From the NCBI GenBank assembly GCA_000004695.1, contig CM000151.3, forward strand, positions 6,976,001-7,040,000: a stretch of DNA of 64,000 nucleotides. The letters run 5' to 3'. This stretch comes from Dictyostelium discoideum (lineage: Eukaryota). The translations under genes and the position numbers were made by a program. Shown in pieces: positions 26,973 through 37,910 of this stretch; positions within the stretch are counted from its first letter, which is position 1, and the number at the start of each line of letters is the position of its first letter. A model generated the notes under the pieces. The model did not search any database. It saw nothing but the letters and a program-made list of their open reading frames with translations, and was not told the origin of the DNA.

Positions 26973-27576
26973 TTATCCGTAACAACGAATTTTATCATTG
27001 CAACCTTTGGAAGCACATTGCCCACCTTTTTCTGTTATTTTAATAATAATTAATAAAAAAAAAAAAAAAAAAAATTAGTTTTTTAAGTTGTTTGGATTCA
27101 TTATTTTTATTATTATTTATTTATTTATTTATTTAATAATTACCTAAATATTGTTGATGTTCAGTTTCAGCAGGATAAAATACACCAGCTGGTAAAATTT
27201 CAGTTGAGATTGGATCTTTATATTTTAATTGTTCTTTTTCTTTACTTGCAATTGCTTCATTCTTTTGTTCTTCATTATGATAATAAATACCAGATCTATA
27301 TTGTGTACCTACATCATTACCTTGACGATTTAATGTTGTTGGATCATGTTTAGACCAAAATAAACCTAACAATTGATTGTATGTGACTTTTTCAGGATCA
27401 TATTCCAATTCAACTGCTTCAGCACATCCAGTTTTACCACTACAAACTTGTCTATAGGTTGGATTCTCTACAGTACCGTTAGTATAACCAACTCTTGTTT
27501 TTGTAACACCTGCTACTCTTTGAAATAATAATTCAACAGACCAAAAACATCCTGCTGCAAATGTTGCTTTTGTCAT
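26973..27576 (-). CDS. msrA: Peptide methionine sulfoxide reductase MsrA. Two exons: 27144..27576 and 26973..27031.
   Basis: Exon 1 carries [32 protein letters not shown] and AETEHQQYL. The listed ORF ends where GTAATT begins (TTA G|GTAATT at 27143-27142). An AT-rich 110-nt intron follows. Acceptor aacAG at 27033-27032. Exon 2 adds [19 protein letters not shown], restoring the cysteine-containing C-terminal tail typical of MsrA. Confidence 0.7.
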
Positions 27577-28295
27577 TTTTTTTTTTTTTTTAATATATTA
27601 ATATATATATAAATATATAAAATTTTTTTTTTTTTTTTTTATTAACTAATGTGTGTTTATATAAATTTTAAATTAAATTAAAATTTTTTTTTTTTATTTT
27701 TTTTTTTTTGAAGTGGAAAAAATAATAAAAATGAAAATAAAAAATTAATGAAAAAAAATAAAAATAAAAAATTATTTGAAAAAGTTTCAAAGCAATCCAG
27801 TCATTCTATTATTTTATTCGAAGCACACATTCTTTTGTGGTTCCAATTAATTCATTTTTCAGACATTTATAATTTGGTATTTTAATTTCGATCAAGTTGT
27901 ACTACATGTTATAATAAAAAAAAAAAAATAAAAAAAAAAAAAATAAAATAAAGTAATTGAATTTAATAGGTATCCACATAAATAAACAGTAAATATAAAA
28001 TAAACAAAACAAAAAACTTTTTGATATTGATTGCATTTTGTATGGGTCATAACATAATGACGCATTTCAACCTTTGGATAATCAACCAATGAAAGCCTTA
28101 AAGAATACTCAACTCATTGATACTGTCAATGGGTGACTTGAATAGAGTTGGGGAGATTAAAGAGGTTGACCAATAACAGCATCAATAACAAGTTTATCAA
28201 TTTTAATTTCTATTGATGGTACAACCAGAGAAAATAGAAAAATCAAAAAAAATAATACTATTTTATTAGCAAAAAAATTCAAAAAACATCAAAAT

Positions 28296-28366
28296 GGGAG
28301 ATTAGTTAAGTGGTATAATGCTACCTTTGGGTGGTAGCGTCCTGAGTTCGATTCTCGGATCTCCCC
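28296..28366 (+). tRNA. tRNA-Pro, anticodon UGG.
   Basis: Cloverleaf folded by hand. Acceptor GGGAGAT/ATCTCCC. D-arm GTTA-AGTGGTA-TAAT. Anticodon stem CTACC/GGTAG with loop TTTGGGT (anticodon TGG). T-arm CTGAG-TTCGATT-CTCGG. Discriminator C. No encoded CCA. Confidence 0.85.
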
Positions 28367-28460
28367 ATATTTTTCAACCAAAAGTGATTTGGTCGCATGT
28401 TCGACTCCCATATAGTAATATTCATAAATACAATCTGAGAGGTTACAGTAAGGATCAAAA

Positions 28461-28496
<36 letters not shown>

Positions 28497-28531
28497 AATC
28501 AAAAAAATAATTAAAATTTATAAATAAAACT

Positions 28532-28659
28532 ATTAATCACTGTTTTCCCAAATGGAAAAACAATGATTAATCAAATATATAAAAAAAAAAAAAAAAAAAA
28601 AAAATCATAAACCTATTAATTACTGTTTATTTCCTTTAATGGATAAAAAATTGATTAAT
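28532..28659. repeat. Two tandem copies of a poly(A)-led unit, each ending in an inverted-repeat hairpin (28532..28571 ttaatcactgtttt/aaaacaatgattaa; 28614..28659 is weaker).
   Basis: Direct reading. Each unit follows a 25-35 nt A run. It lies about 100-250 bp downstream of the tRNA-Pro gene. Confidence 0.5.
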
Positions 28660-28680
28660 CATTTTTAAAGAAAAAAAAAA

Positions 28681-29250
28681 AACAAAATTTTTGAAAAATA
28701 TCCGGATGAGGTAAACAAAATTTCCAGTATCCCTTTACCTCTCGCAGCACTCTTCCATCTGAATTACATCCCCTTTGATATGTTTTTAAAATTATTAAAT
28801 GAATATGGCTTTTAAAATTTATATTGTTAAAAAATAAATAAATTTATATTATTTCTAAAGGCATTTGTTTAAAGTTTATTTTATGTTAATGTTTGAATAT
28901 AGATTAGAAATATTATAATTTTGATAAAAAATCTATTTTTTAATTGTATTCTTTTATTTTATTTTTTTATTATTGAGTAACCGACATTAAAAACTCCTTT
29001 TGAGAAAAGTCTTTGTTACTCCAATAATTTATTAAACCAGATTGTTGAGTGATGGCTAGCCATTCAATTGAGCAGTTGCAAAACTATTCATAAAGCATAT
29101 TAATACTTGGTTATTTGAGTTAGGGGTGGCCATTCAATTGATCAGTTGCAAAGTATCCTTAAAGCATTTAATACTGTGGTAAAGCAAATGAGATTTAGAG
29201 CTACATATTTGGCAGATTTTTATAATCCTTCTAAGAGAAGAAAGAAAAAA
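28681..29250. other. Non-AT-rich non-coding block (about 35-40% GC) downstream of tRNA-Pro. It contains a 55-bp direct duplication (ccattcaattgaGcagttgcaaa / ccattcaattgaTcagttgcaaa at about 29046..29160). Candidate remnant of a tRNA-gene-targeted retroelement.
   Basis: The composition breaks from the background. There are no long ORFs. Non-LTR TRE-type elements in Dictyostelium insert about 100 bp downstream of tRNA genes. I cannot match the element sequence from memory. Confidence 0.25.
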
Positions 29251-29483
29251 GAAAAGAAAATAAAAGAGAAAAAAAAAAAAATTAAGACTATCCAAATTAT
29301 TATTTTAAATATTTTTATCATAATATAAATAATTTACTTTTTTCAATTAAATCGATTTTATAAAAAAAAAAAAAAAATTTTTATTATTGATACTGTTGTT
29401 ATAATTTTGTAAAAAATATTATAAATATATTTACCAAGTACAAAAACCATGAATTAAAAGATTTACTTTAATTAAAGAATATT

Positions 29484-29571
29484 TTTTTTTTTTTTTTTTT
29501 TTTTCTTATTTTTTTTTTTTTTTTTTTTTTTTTTCTCTTTTTTTTTTTTTTCTTTTTTTTTTTCTTTTTTT

Positions 29572-29650
<79 letters not shown>

Positions 29651-29679
29651 CTTTTTTTTTTTTTTCTTTTTTTTTTTTC
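29484..29679. repeat. Poly(T) tract of about 200 nt with single C interruptions every 8-35 nt.
   Basis: Direct reading. ORFs 29472..29681 and 29506..29715 (poly-K) are artefacts. Confidence 0.9.
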
Positions 29680-29801
29680 ATATTCTTTTATTAAACAATT
29701 ATAAAATGGAATCAAATGGTTTTGTCCGAGATAAATCTTTTAACCCCTGTTATTGAACAAGTCATATTAAAACAACAAATATCCCTAATAAAAAAATACT
29801 T

Positions 29802-29832
<31 letters not shown>

Positions 29833-29992
29833 GAAAAATGATTATTAAATTATTACATCCATTTTTATTTGATTTAAATATTTATATAAAATTATTATTT
29901 TTTAGTTTGTTGACAATAGGTTTTTTTTTTTTATTTGATTAAAATATTTATATAAAAATATTATTTGGAATTAAAAAAATTTTCTTTTTTTT

Positions 29993-30033
<41 letters not shown>

Positions 30034-30416
30034 ATAATCAAGATGGTCCATCTTTAGAAATATTTTCAGTTTATCCTAAAAAGGTTTAATTACTTTTTTG
30101 GAAATGACCAAAATTGATAATCAAAATTTTTTTGGTTTATTTTCAAAAAAAAAAAAAAAAAAAAATTATATCAACACCACAATCAGCTATTCTTCCCTTT
30201 TTAGAAATAAAAATAAAAAAAAAATAAAAATAAAAATAAAAATAAAAATAAAAATAAAAATAAAAATAAAAATAAAAAAATAAAAAATTATTTTTTATTT
30301 GGAAAAAGTGATTGATTTATTATTATTAATGAATTATTACTTTTAAATTTTTTTTTTTTTTTTTTCACTTTGGACAAGTCACAAAATTTCTTTTTCAATT
30401 ACATTTTAATATTTTG

Positions 30417-31260
30417 CTAACTTTTATTTCCAGTGTCATGAGTATGTAAAATGTGAATTTCCCACAACTCTTTATTTAAATTTAAAATTGAAACGATTTG
30501 TTTAAATATGATTCTTGCATATTTTAATAATTCTGATGAACTAAAATCAAGTTTCATTTGATTTAATTTTGAATTAAAAGCATCTCTTATTTTTAAATTA
30601 CTACAACCACCTGTTTCAATATCTGATAACCAATCGATTGTTTCTTTATCTTTAATTGTAACAATCATATCATTATCAATTAGGTTTAATGTAATTTCTT
30701 TCCATTTCGATGATGATTCTTTACCTATAATTGAATGTAATTGTTTTTCAGTTATTGTTTTATTATTATTTAGTTTGAATTTATATAAAATTATATGGTT
30801 CCAATTGGTGTTTATATTTATTAAATAAGTAATTTGTAATATCAGAATGCTCTTGGTTTGTCAAAACAATCTATAGGATCTTCAATAACGGTAATACATG
30901 ATTCAATAATTGGTGATAATGTTTTAAAATAATAGTATGAAGTTAATTTTGAACTATCTATTTCAATATAGTTTGATATTAATTGATGAGCTGTTTTGAT
31001 TTGATCAATTGTTGACTCTAATTAACTTTAAAAATAAGAAATTTAATATCAACGATAAATTTAATAATGATAATTGACCATCAATTAAAAATTGAATCAT
31101 TTCAATTAAATCTTTATATAAATATTTGCATGTATAGATTGCATCGTATTAATCATCATTACCATTTAAATTATCAAGTCTTGAAGCAAATTGAATCATT
31201 TGAATAATATAATATTTAAATGAATCAAAATTTTCTTTAAAATCAAATTGGTTTATGGGA
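30417..31260 (-). pseudogene. Decayed or fragmented gene. The terminal segment is open (MIVTIKDKETIDWLSDIETGGCSNLKIRDAFNSKLNQMKLDFSSSELLKYARIIFKQIVSILNLNKELWEIHILHTHDTGNKS). The upstream coding-like segments are broken by an in-frame TAA, a +1 shift, and a local duplication of atgattcaattt.
   Basis: Minus-strand translation gives ...QFDFKENFDSFKYYIIQMIQFASRLDNLNGNDD*YDAIYTCKYLYKDLIEMIQFLIDGQ...*. After a +1 shift it reads ESTIDQIKTAHQLISNYIEIDSSKLTSYYYFKTLSPIIESCITVIEDPIDCFDKPRAF*. A ttatAG acceptor is followed by GKESSSKWKEITLNLIDNDMIVTIKDKE. No canonical donors rescue the frame. Confidence 0.3.
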
Positions 31261-31488
31261 AATAATAAATAAAAAAATAAAAAATAAAGATTGAAGGTTC
31301 CACCGAATATGAAGAATTCCTAATAATTAAATTAAGAAAATCAAAGTCCAAACATCACTGTGTTCCAGAACCAGTGTTTCTGAATCTAGTCCCATTTGAT
31401 AACAAAAGATTGAATTTTCTTTTTATTTTTCCAAATTAATTTAATTTTAAGAAAAATTTCTCATTTATAAAAATAAAGATATTTTTTA

Positions 31489-31567
31489 AAAATATCTTTG
31501 AGGTGGGAATTCATTTTCGATTTTTTTAAAATATCTATGAGGTGGGAATTCATTTTCGATTTTTTTA
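31489..31567. repeat. Tandem 39-bp direct repeat x2: aaaatatct(t/a)tgaggtgggaattcattttcgattttttt, 55 bp upstream of the Pmp-repeat gene.
   Basis: Direct reading. The GAGGTGGGAATTC core is GC-rich against the background. Possible promoter element. Confidence 0.6.
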
Positions 31568-31621
31568 AAATTTTTTTTTGTTTTTTTTTTTTTTTTTAAA
31601 ATTTGTATTTATTTATTTTTT

Positions 31622-33310
31622 TTGTTTTTTTTTTTGTTAAAAATGAAAATATTATTTATTTTAGTATTGTTTTTTATTTTTGGGTTCAAACAACAATTAA
31701 CATATTGTCAAGTTGTTTGTAATGGTTGGATTGATTCAGATTTACAAGTAATTACAACACCTTGTGGAGAAAATATAGGAAATCCATGTCAGACAATTGA
31801 TCAAGCTGTTGAAACTTGTGGAAATTATGATACAATAAATTTATATTTCGCTCAAACAACAAAACCATTTATAATAAGTGAGAATGGTTCATTCAACTCT
31901 ATCAATAATAAAACCATTACTCTTAATAATATTAATAATAATAATCAACCAATTTTAATTGATTTATCAACTACAACAAAACCATTTATAAATATTACTC
32001 CAAATGAAAACAATAATTCAAATTTAACAAATACAATAAGCATTAATGGATTTACTTTTTCAAATCAAAATATTCAATCATCATCATCATCAATAATTAA
32101 AATGGTAAATAGTAATTTGAATATGAATATTAACAATTGTAACTTTTTAAACAATACTCTTGGTCAAAATGGATTATTTTATTTTTCAAGTGATCCAAAT
32201 GTTAAAAATAGTAATGTTGGTTTAATTTCAATTGTGAATTCAAATTTTATTAATAATGTTGGTAATGATTATAGTATAATATATTCAGATTATGATTCAC
32301 ATATTATCATTGATAACTGTTTATTTAAAAATATTTCAAGTAATAAAGAAGGTGCTGTATTAGACTTGGAAAAAGGTTTTACAACAATTACAAATTCATT
32401 ATTTCAAAGCATTTTATTAAACAATAAAAGTGGTGCTAATGTAATATTTTTGGGTACGCCTCAACCATCCAATGATAATTATTTAATTACAATTGATAAT
32501 ATAACAATTTCAGATAGTTTCACTGGATATGGAATTGTAATAACATCTCTATATTATACAATCAATATAAACAATTCCAAATTTATAGATAATTATAATT
32601 TTTTATCAATTGGTGTTTTTAATTCAATCATTTCAGATATTAATATAAATAATTGTATTTTCCAAGATAATAGTAATTTAAATTCAAATAGTTTAGCTAA
32701 AGGTGGTGCAATTTCATTAATAAATTCACCAGCAAATATAAGTAATTCAATTTTTAATTTAAATTCAGGAAATTTAGGTGGAGCAATTTACATTGGTAAT
32801 GGAAAACTATTATCTAATCCTATTGTAATTATTGGTTGTACATTTATAGATTGTAAAGGAACAGTCGATGATGGTGATTCAATTTTTATTAATGGTTCTA
32901 CTTTGGTTGAAATTACAAATTCAACATTTACTCAAAGTACTCAACAAAAATCAAATCAACCAAAAAATTCACAAGTTTATTGTCAATCAACAAGTCTTTT
33001 ATTATCATCATTAAAATTTATTAATCAATCAAATTCTGATGAATTATTAACTTGTTTTAATAATTCAAATTGTAAAATCATTGAAAAAAGTGATAAACAA
33101 TATTATAATTCTTGTAACCCTCCAAATGGTAAAAATGATAGTGATGATAGTAGTAATAATAATAATGAACATAATCATCGTAGATTATCACCATTGCAAA
33201 TATTTGGTATAGTTGTAGGCTCAATTATAGTAGTAATAATTATATTTTTAATTGTTGTTTTAATTTATATTAAAGTTAAAAGAAATAGACATTATATTCC
33301 AATAAAATAA
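31622..33310 (+). CDS. Secreted type-I membrane glycoprotein with Pmp-type (GGAI / FxxN) parallel beta-helix repeats. N-terminal signal peptide, many NxS/T sites, and a C-terminal TM (IFGIVVGSIIVVIIIFLIVVLIYI).
   Basis: 562-aa ORF. Repeated NSxFxxN segments. AKGGAISLINS and NLGGAIYIGNG (GGAI) with FINN/FQDN/FNLN (FxxN). Translation probably starts at the internal MKILFILVLF. Confidence 0.7.
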   Translation: MFFFLLKMKILFILVLFFIFGFKQQLTYCQVVCNGWIDSDLQVITTPCGENIGNPCQTIDQAVETCGNYDTINLYFAQTTKPFIISENGSFNSINNKTITLNNINNNNQPILIDLSTTTKPFINITPNENNNSNLTNTISINGFTFSNQNIQSSSSSIIKMVNSNLNMNINNCNFLNNTLGQNGLFYFSSDPNVKNSNVGLISIVNSNFINNVGNDYSIIYSDYDSHIIIDNCLFKNISSNKEGAVLDLEKGFTTITNSLFQSILLNNKSGANVIFLGTPQPSNDNYLITIDNITISDSFTGYGIVITSLYYTININNSKFIDNYNFLSIGVFNSIISDININNCIFQDNSNLNSNSLAKGGAISLINSPANISNSIFNLNSGNLGGAIYIGNGKLLSNPIVIIGCTFIDCKGTVDDGDSIFINGSTLVEITNSTFTQSTQQKSNQPKNSQVYCQSTSLLLSSLKFINQSNSDELLTCFNNSNCKIIEKSDKQYYNSCNPPNGKNDSDDSSNNNNEHNHRRLSPLQIFGIVVGSIIVVIIIFLIVVLIYIKVKRNRHYIPIK

Positions 33311-33386
33311 ATAAAAAAAAAAAAAAGTTAACTTTTATTATTATTATTATTAATTATTTATTAAAATTTAAATTAATTAAAATATT

Positions 33387-35726
33387 TTAATTTAAATATT
33401 TTTTATTTGTATAAAGATTATAAATAACTTCACTAACATCTTGACCAAATCTTCTTTTATTTTTACCAAAAGTAAAATCTTTAAAATGAGATTCTCCAGA
33501 TTCTTTATCTTTAATAGCTTTCAAAGCCAAGTACAATGACATGGGTGTTGGATAAACTTGAGTGATTGAATGAGCTTTCTCTGCTGAACAACCAGGGATT
33601 TGAATTAATTGAGTGGCAAAAAATTCAATCAATTTTAATCCTTTTGATTTTGAATTTAATTGATTAAAATTTTCTAATGTACATTGTGTATTCTTATTAG
33701 CAAATAAAAATTTTATAATTTCATCACCACCACCACCACCACTGTTATTATTTTTTAATAATTTCTCTTTAAAATATTCAGTTATATTAACTATATAATC
33801 AATTGTATTATCAATTGTTTTAGTTTCTTTAATTATAATACCTTCACAAATTGAAGTTGTTACCAATGCAGTTGCTAATGCATCAGGTGATAAACTAAAA
33901 TTAACAGTTCCCCATGTTTTCTTTTGAGATTGTGAAGAGCTATTGATTGTATTTGAAACTATACCTTCAATTAAATAAATGATATTATCACAACCAGATT
34001 TTGATAACCTAAATTTCTGTTCTTTATAACGACCATCAATAATTGAACTACTTAAATCATCAACTCTCTTTCTTTCTATAATATAATTTAATAACCATTC
34101 ATTATCATGTTCATCAATTGCTACCCATACAAAATCACCCAATTCTAATTTCTTTACTTGTGCATTTATACCCCGTTCATTCAATTTATTACAAATGTAA
34201 TCTCTTTCTGTCACCGATTTAACTTCACGATTATCAATTATACATTTTATATTTTTAAATTTTATTTTTATTGTTGATTTTGATTTTGATTTTGATGTTG
34301 ATGTTGATGTTGATGTTGATTGAGTTGATTGGGTTGGTGGTGGTATTTGAGAAGGTATTACTTTTGGTAGTTTACTATTATTTATTATGGACTCACCAAT
34401 ATTAACACCAGCAAGATCTTCTTCAGTGAATGATAGTCTAACAGATAAATTTGAAAATGTACGATCATCTTTATCATAATCATCTTTTTCATCTTCTGTT
34501 TCTGTAAGATCAAAATCGTCATCATCATCATTATTATTATTATTATTAATATTATTGCTGTTGTTATTATAATTATAGCTATAATTATAATTATCATTGT
34601 GTGATGTAAATTGATTATTATTATTATTAATTTCTGATTCAGATTGTATATTAACCACTTCGTCATCGTCTTCGAAATCATTATTAACTATATCATTACT
34701 TTTTGAATTTTTATTTTTTGAAATCGAAGATGATGGCGACTTATCATTTTTAAATCTCTTTTTAAATGGTGATTTTAATTTCATTTTACTTGGAGAAAAT
34801 GGCGATGTGACGCCATACTTAAATGGTGAAAATAGTAGAGGTGATGAAAAATTACATTTTCTTTTTTTACTTGTAGAAATTGGTGTATTTTTAATATTAT
34901 TATTATTATTATTAAGATATTTATGATAATTTGAGAGTTTTGAAGGGGAGGGCGATGAAATTGAAGGAGAAAATATTATACTGTCATTAAACTTATTAAA
35001 GTTTTGATTTTTTAATGGTGTTGTAATTCTAATATTATTATTATTATCATTATCACTATTACTAAAATTACTATTATTAAAAGTGTTGGTTGTATTATGT
35101 GATCTTAATTTAGATGGTGATTTAAATTTGGAAGGTGATTTATTAAGCATATCACCATATTTATAAGTTTTAATAGGTGATATTAATACAATTACGTCAT
35201 CTCCGTTATCTTCATTTTCGTGAATATAATTCTCATTATTTTTTTGATATTTTTCCTTATGATTGTCATTAATAGATGTTGTTGTTTTTATTTTATTAGA
35301 ATCAATATCACTATTAATATTATTTTCATTGTCACCACCATTATCATTATTATTATTATAATTGGGAATTCCATTATCAAATGATCCAAAATCAAAATTA
35401 AACGATTTATTTAGATCATCTGGAGTTGTATTAATACCACTACTTATATAACCATCGTCATTATCATCATTATTATCAAAACAACTTCCACTTCCATAAT
35501 CATAATAATTTTCATTTGTTGGTATTTCAAAATTTATATCTTCTTCCTCCACTATTTGCTCCAATATTGCAGATTGTTGTTTTTTCTTTTTTGATTTTAA
35601 CTCTCTTTCCAATTGTTTATTTTGATTTTTTGATGGTGATTCTGTTCCTATTAAATTTGATTGTGTATTACTAATAGTAGAAGTAGTATTATTATTTTTA
35701 GATTTCCTTATTTTCTTTTTAGGTGA

Positions 35727-35806
<80 letters not shown>

Positions 35807-36149
35807 CATTATTATTATTATTTCTATTATAAATTGATTTTAATGGTGTTGGTGGTCCTTTTGGATATAATGGATGTGATGTTGTTTTTAAATAATCATT
35901 AATTTTTTTAGTTAATGATGGTCCAAATCCATTTAATACCTCACATTCTTTACCACTGAAAACAGGAAGAGGATAAAGATTTAATGAACGAATTGCTTTT
36001 TTATATATTGATGTGGTTTTGATGTCTGCTCCTGGTCGATTTTTTATATTGGTTATTTGTTTATTTAAAAACTCTACTATATGTGGATTTATACAAATAT
36101 TATTATCATTATTATTGGTGTTGTTGTTGTGGTTTTTGTTTGTCGACAT
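33387..36149 (-). CDS. mus81: Crossover junction endonuclease MUS81 (XPF/ERCC4 family) with long poly-N and acidic inserts.
   Basis: N-terminal helical region NPHIVEFLNKQ...AIRSLNLYPLPVFSGKECEVLNGFGPSLTKKINDYL matches MUS81. C-terminal nuclease domain GDFVWVA...ERKRVDDLSSSIIDGRYKEQKFRL (GDxnERKxxxD motif). Then HhH region LIQIPGCSAEKAHSITQVYPTPMSLYLA. Apparently a single exon. Confidence 0.85.
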
Positions 36150-36202
36150 TTTCGTAAACTAAACTTAATGTTAACAAACTGTGTGCACACAAAAAAATGG
36201 TG

Positions 36203-36241
<39 letters not shown>

Positions 36242-36324
36242 AGAAAAGTGGATTTTTATTTTTATTTTTATTTTTATTTATTTTTAATTTTATTTTTTTT
36301 TATTTTTTTTTATTACTTTCAAAT

Positions 36325-36718
36325 TTAGAAAATAATACCTGAGTCTGATAATCTTCCAATTGGAGTACCAGTTTTATTATTTAAAAGCATTGGATCTCCT
36401 GGAGATTTCTTGGATTTTCTGTTCTTTGTTTGTCTTCTCTAAAAAGTTTTGATTTTTTAAAAAAAAAAAAAAAAAAAAAATATGTTAGATGAATTAAATT
36501 TAAATTGTTAATAAAAGTATTAAAATAAATACCTTTCTTAAAGTTCTTTCTTTTTCCATTCTTCTTACATATTCATCTTCCAAAGCTATTTCTCTATCTC
36601 TAATCTTTGAATCTAAACTTCTTAAAGCTATTGAGCTATTACCCATTATGGATTGTCTTTGAAACATTGATCCAACTCCTTTTCCTTTGGTAATTCCATT
36701 TACTAATAATCTATTCAT
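36325..36718 (-). CDS. Small basic protein, possibly a mitochondrial ATPase-inhibitor (IF1)-like protein. Two exons: 36533..36718 and 36325..36438.
   Basis: Exon 1 MNRLLVNGITKGKG...SKIRDREIALEDEYVRRMEKERTLRK resembles the IF1 core G-x-F-x-KRE-x-A-x-E-x-YFR. Donor aag|GTATTT at 36532. Acceptor ttttAG at 36440-36439. Exon 2 RRQTKNRKSKKSPGDPMLLNNKTGTPIGRLSDSGIIF*. The model is tentative. Confidence 0.3.
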
Positions 36719-36813
36719 TTTTTTAATTTAATTAATTTTTTTGTTTTTTTATTTTTATTTTTTGGAAATTAATTAACTTCTATTGTTTTAAAAATTATTT
36801 GTTTTTATTTTTC

Positions 36814-36850
<37 letters not shown>

Positions 36851-37874
36851 AAATAATTTATAGGAAATAAAAAAAATTAAAAGAAAAATTAAAAAAAAAA
36901 AAAAATTTTAAAACATTTATTAAAAAATAAAAAATAAAAAAAAATAAAAAATAAAAAATAAAAAATTTTCCCTTTTTTAGAAAAAATTAAAATATTTGAA
37001 AAAAATTAAAGCATTAAAAGTGAACAGATCGATTTTAATTTTACTTTTTCTAAACAATGTTTTAACATTCAAATAAAATATTCCTCTAATATTTTTTTTT
37101 TTTTCAATTTACCAAATTCGGCGTATAATTGTCATTTTTTAATTTTTATTTTTGTTTTTGTTGAGAAAAAAAAAAAAAAAAAAAAAAATGAAAGTAATAA
37201 ACAAAAATTTTGATCAGAAACTAACATCAACTATAAAAAAAAAAAAAAAAAAAAAATGGAATTCAGGTTGGAAAAAAAAAAAAATAATAAATAAATAATA
37301 ATAAATAATGGAAAATAAATGATATAAATTATTTATAGATTTTTTAAGATATGCTTTGTTTTGCAATGTGCGAAGTGGAAAAAAATGAAAAAAATAGAAA
37401 AAAAAGTGAAAAAAATAAAAAAAATAAAAAAAAAAAAAAAAATAAAAAAAAAAAAAAAAAATTTTTTTAAAAAAAAAAATTTGTCATAATATCCAAACTC
37501 GACCTAAATATTTAATAATACTAATTTTTAAAGGCAATAAAAAAAAAAAAAAAAAAAAAAACTTGAAATTAATATTTTTTTTCATAAAAAGGTATAGTTG
37601 TACATTGATTTATTATTTTTAAGATTTTTTGTTTGTTTTTTTTTATATCCAACACATCCACATCCACATATTCATTTTTTTTTTTTTTTTCAGTTTTAGC
37701 AACACAATAAAATAAAAAAAGATACATTCTCATATTTTTTTTTTCACTTTAAATAATGAAATAATCACCCTTTTTTTTTTTTTTTTTTCCTTCTTGTTTT
37801 ATTATTTTATTTAATCATTTTTATAAACGAACCACTGGAGGGATATGTAACGACATTACATGTTTGTGGTGTGG

Positions 37875-37910
<36 letters not shown>

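Noticed and set aside
27892-28295. Non-AT-rich 400-bp block with a 65-aa minus ORF between msrA and tRNA-Pro; considered as a TRE5/DGLT-A insertion upstream of the tRNA.
   Set aside because: Too short for an element. There are no terminal TG...CA LTR ends or poly(A). It is more simply the msrA promoter/5' region.
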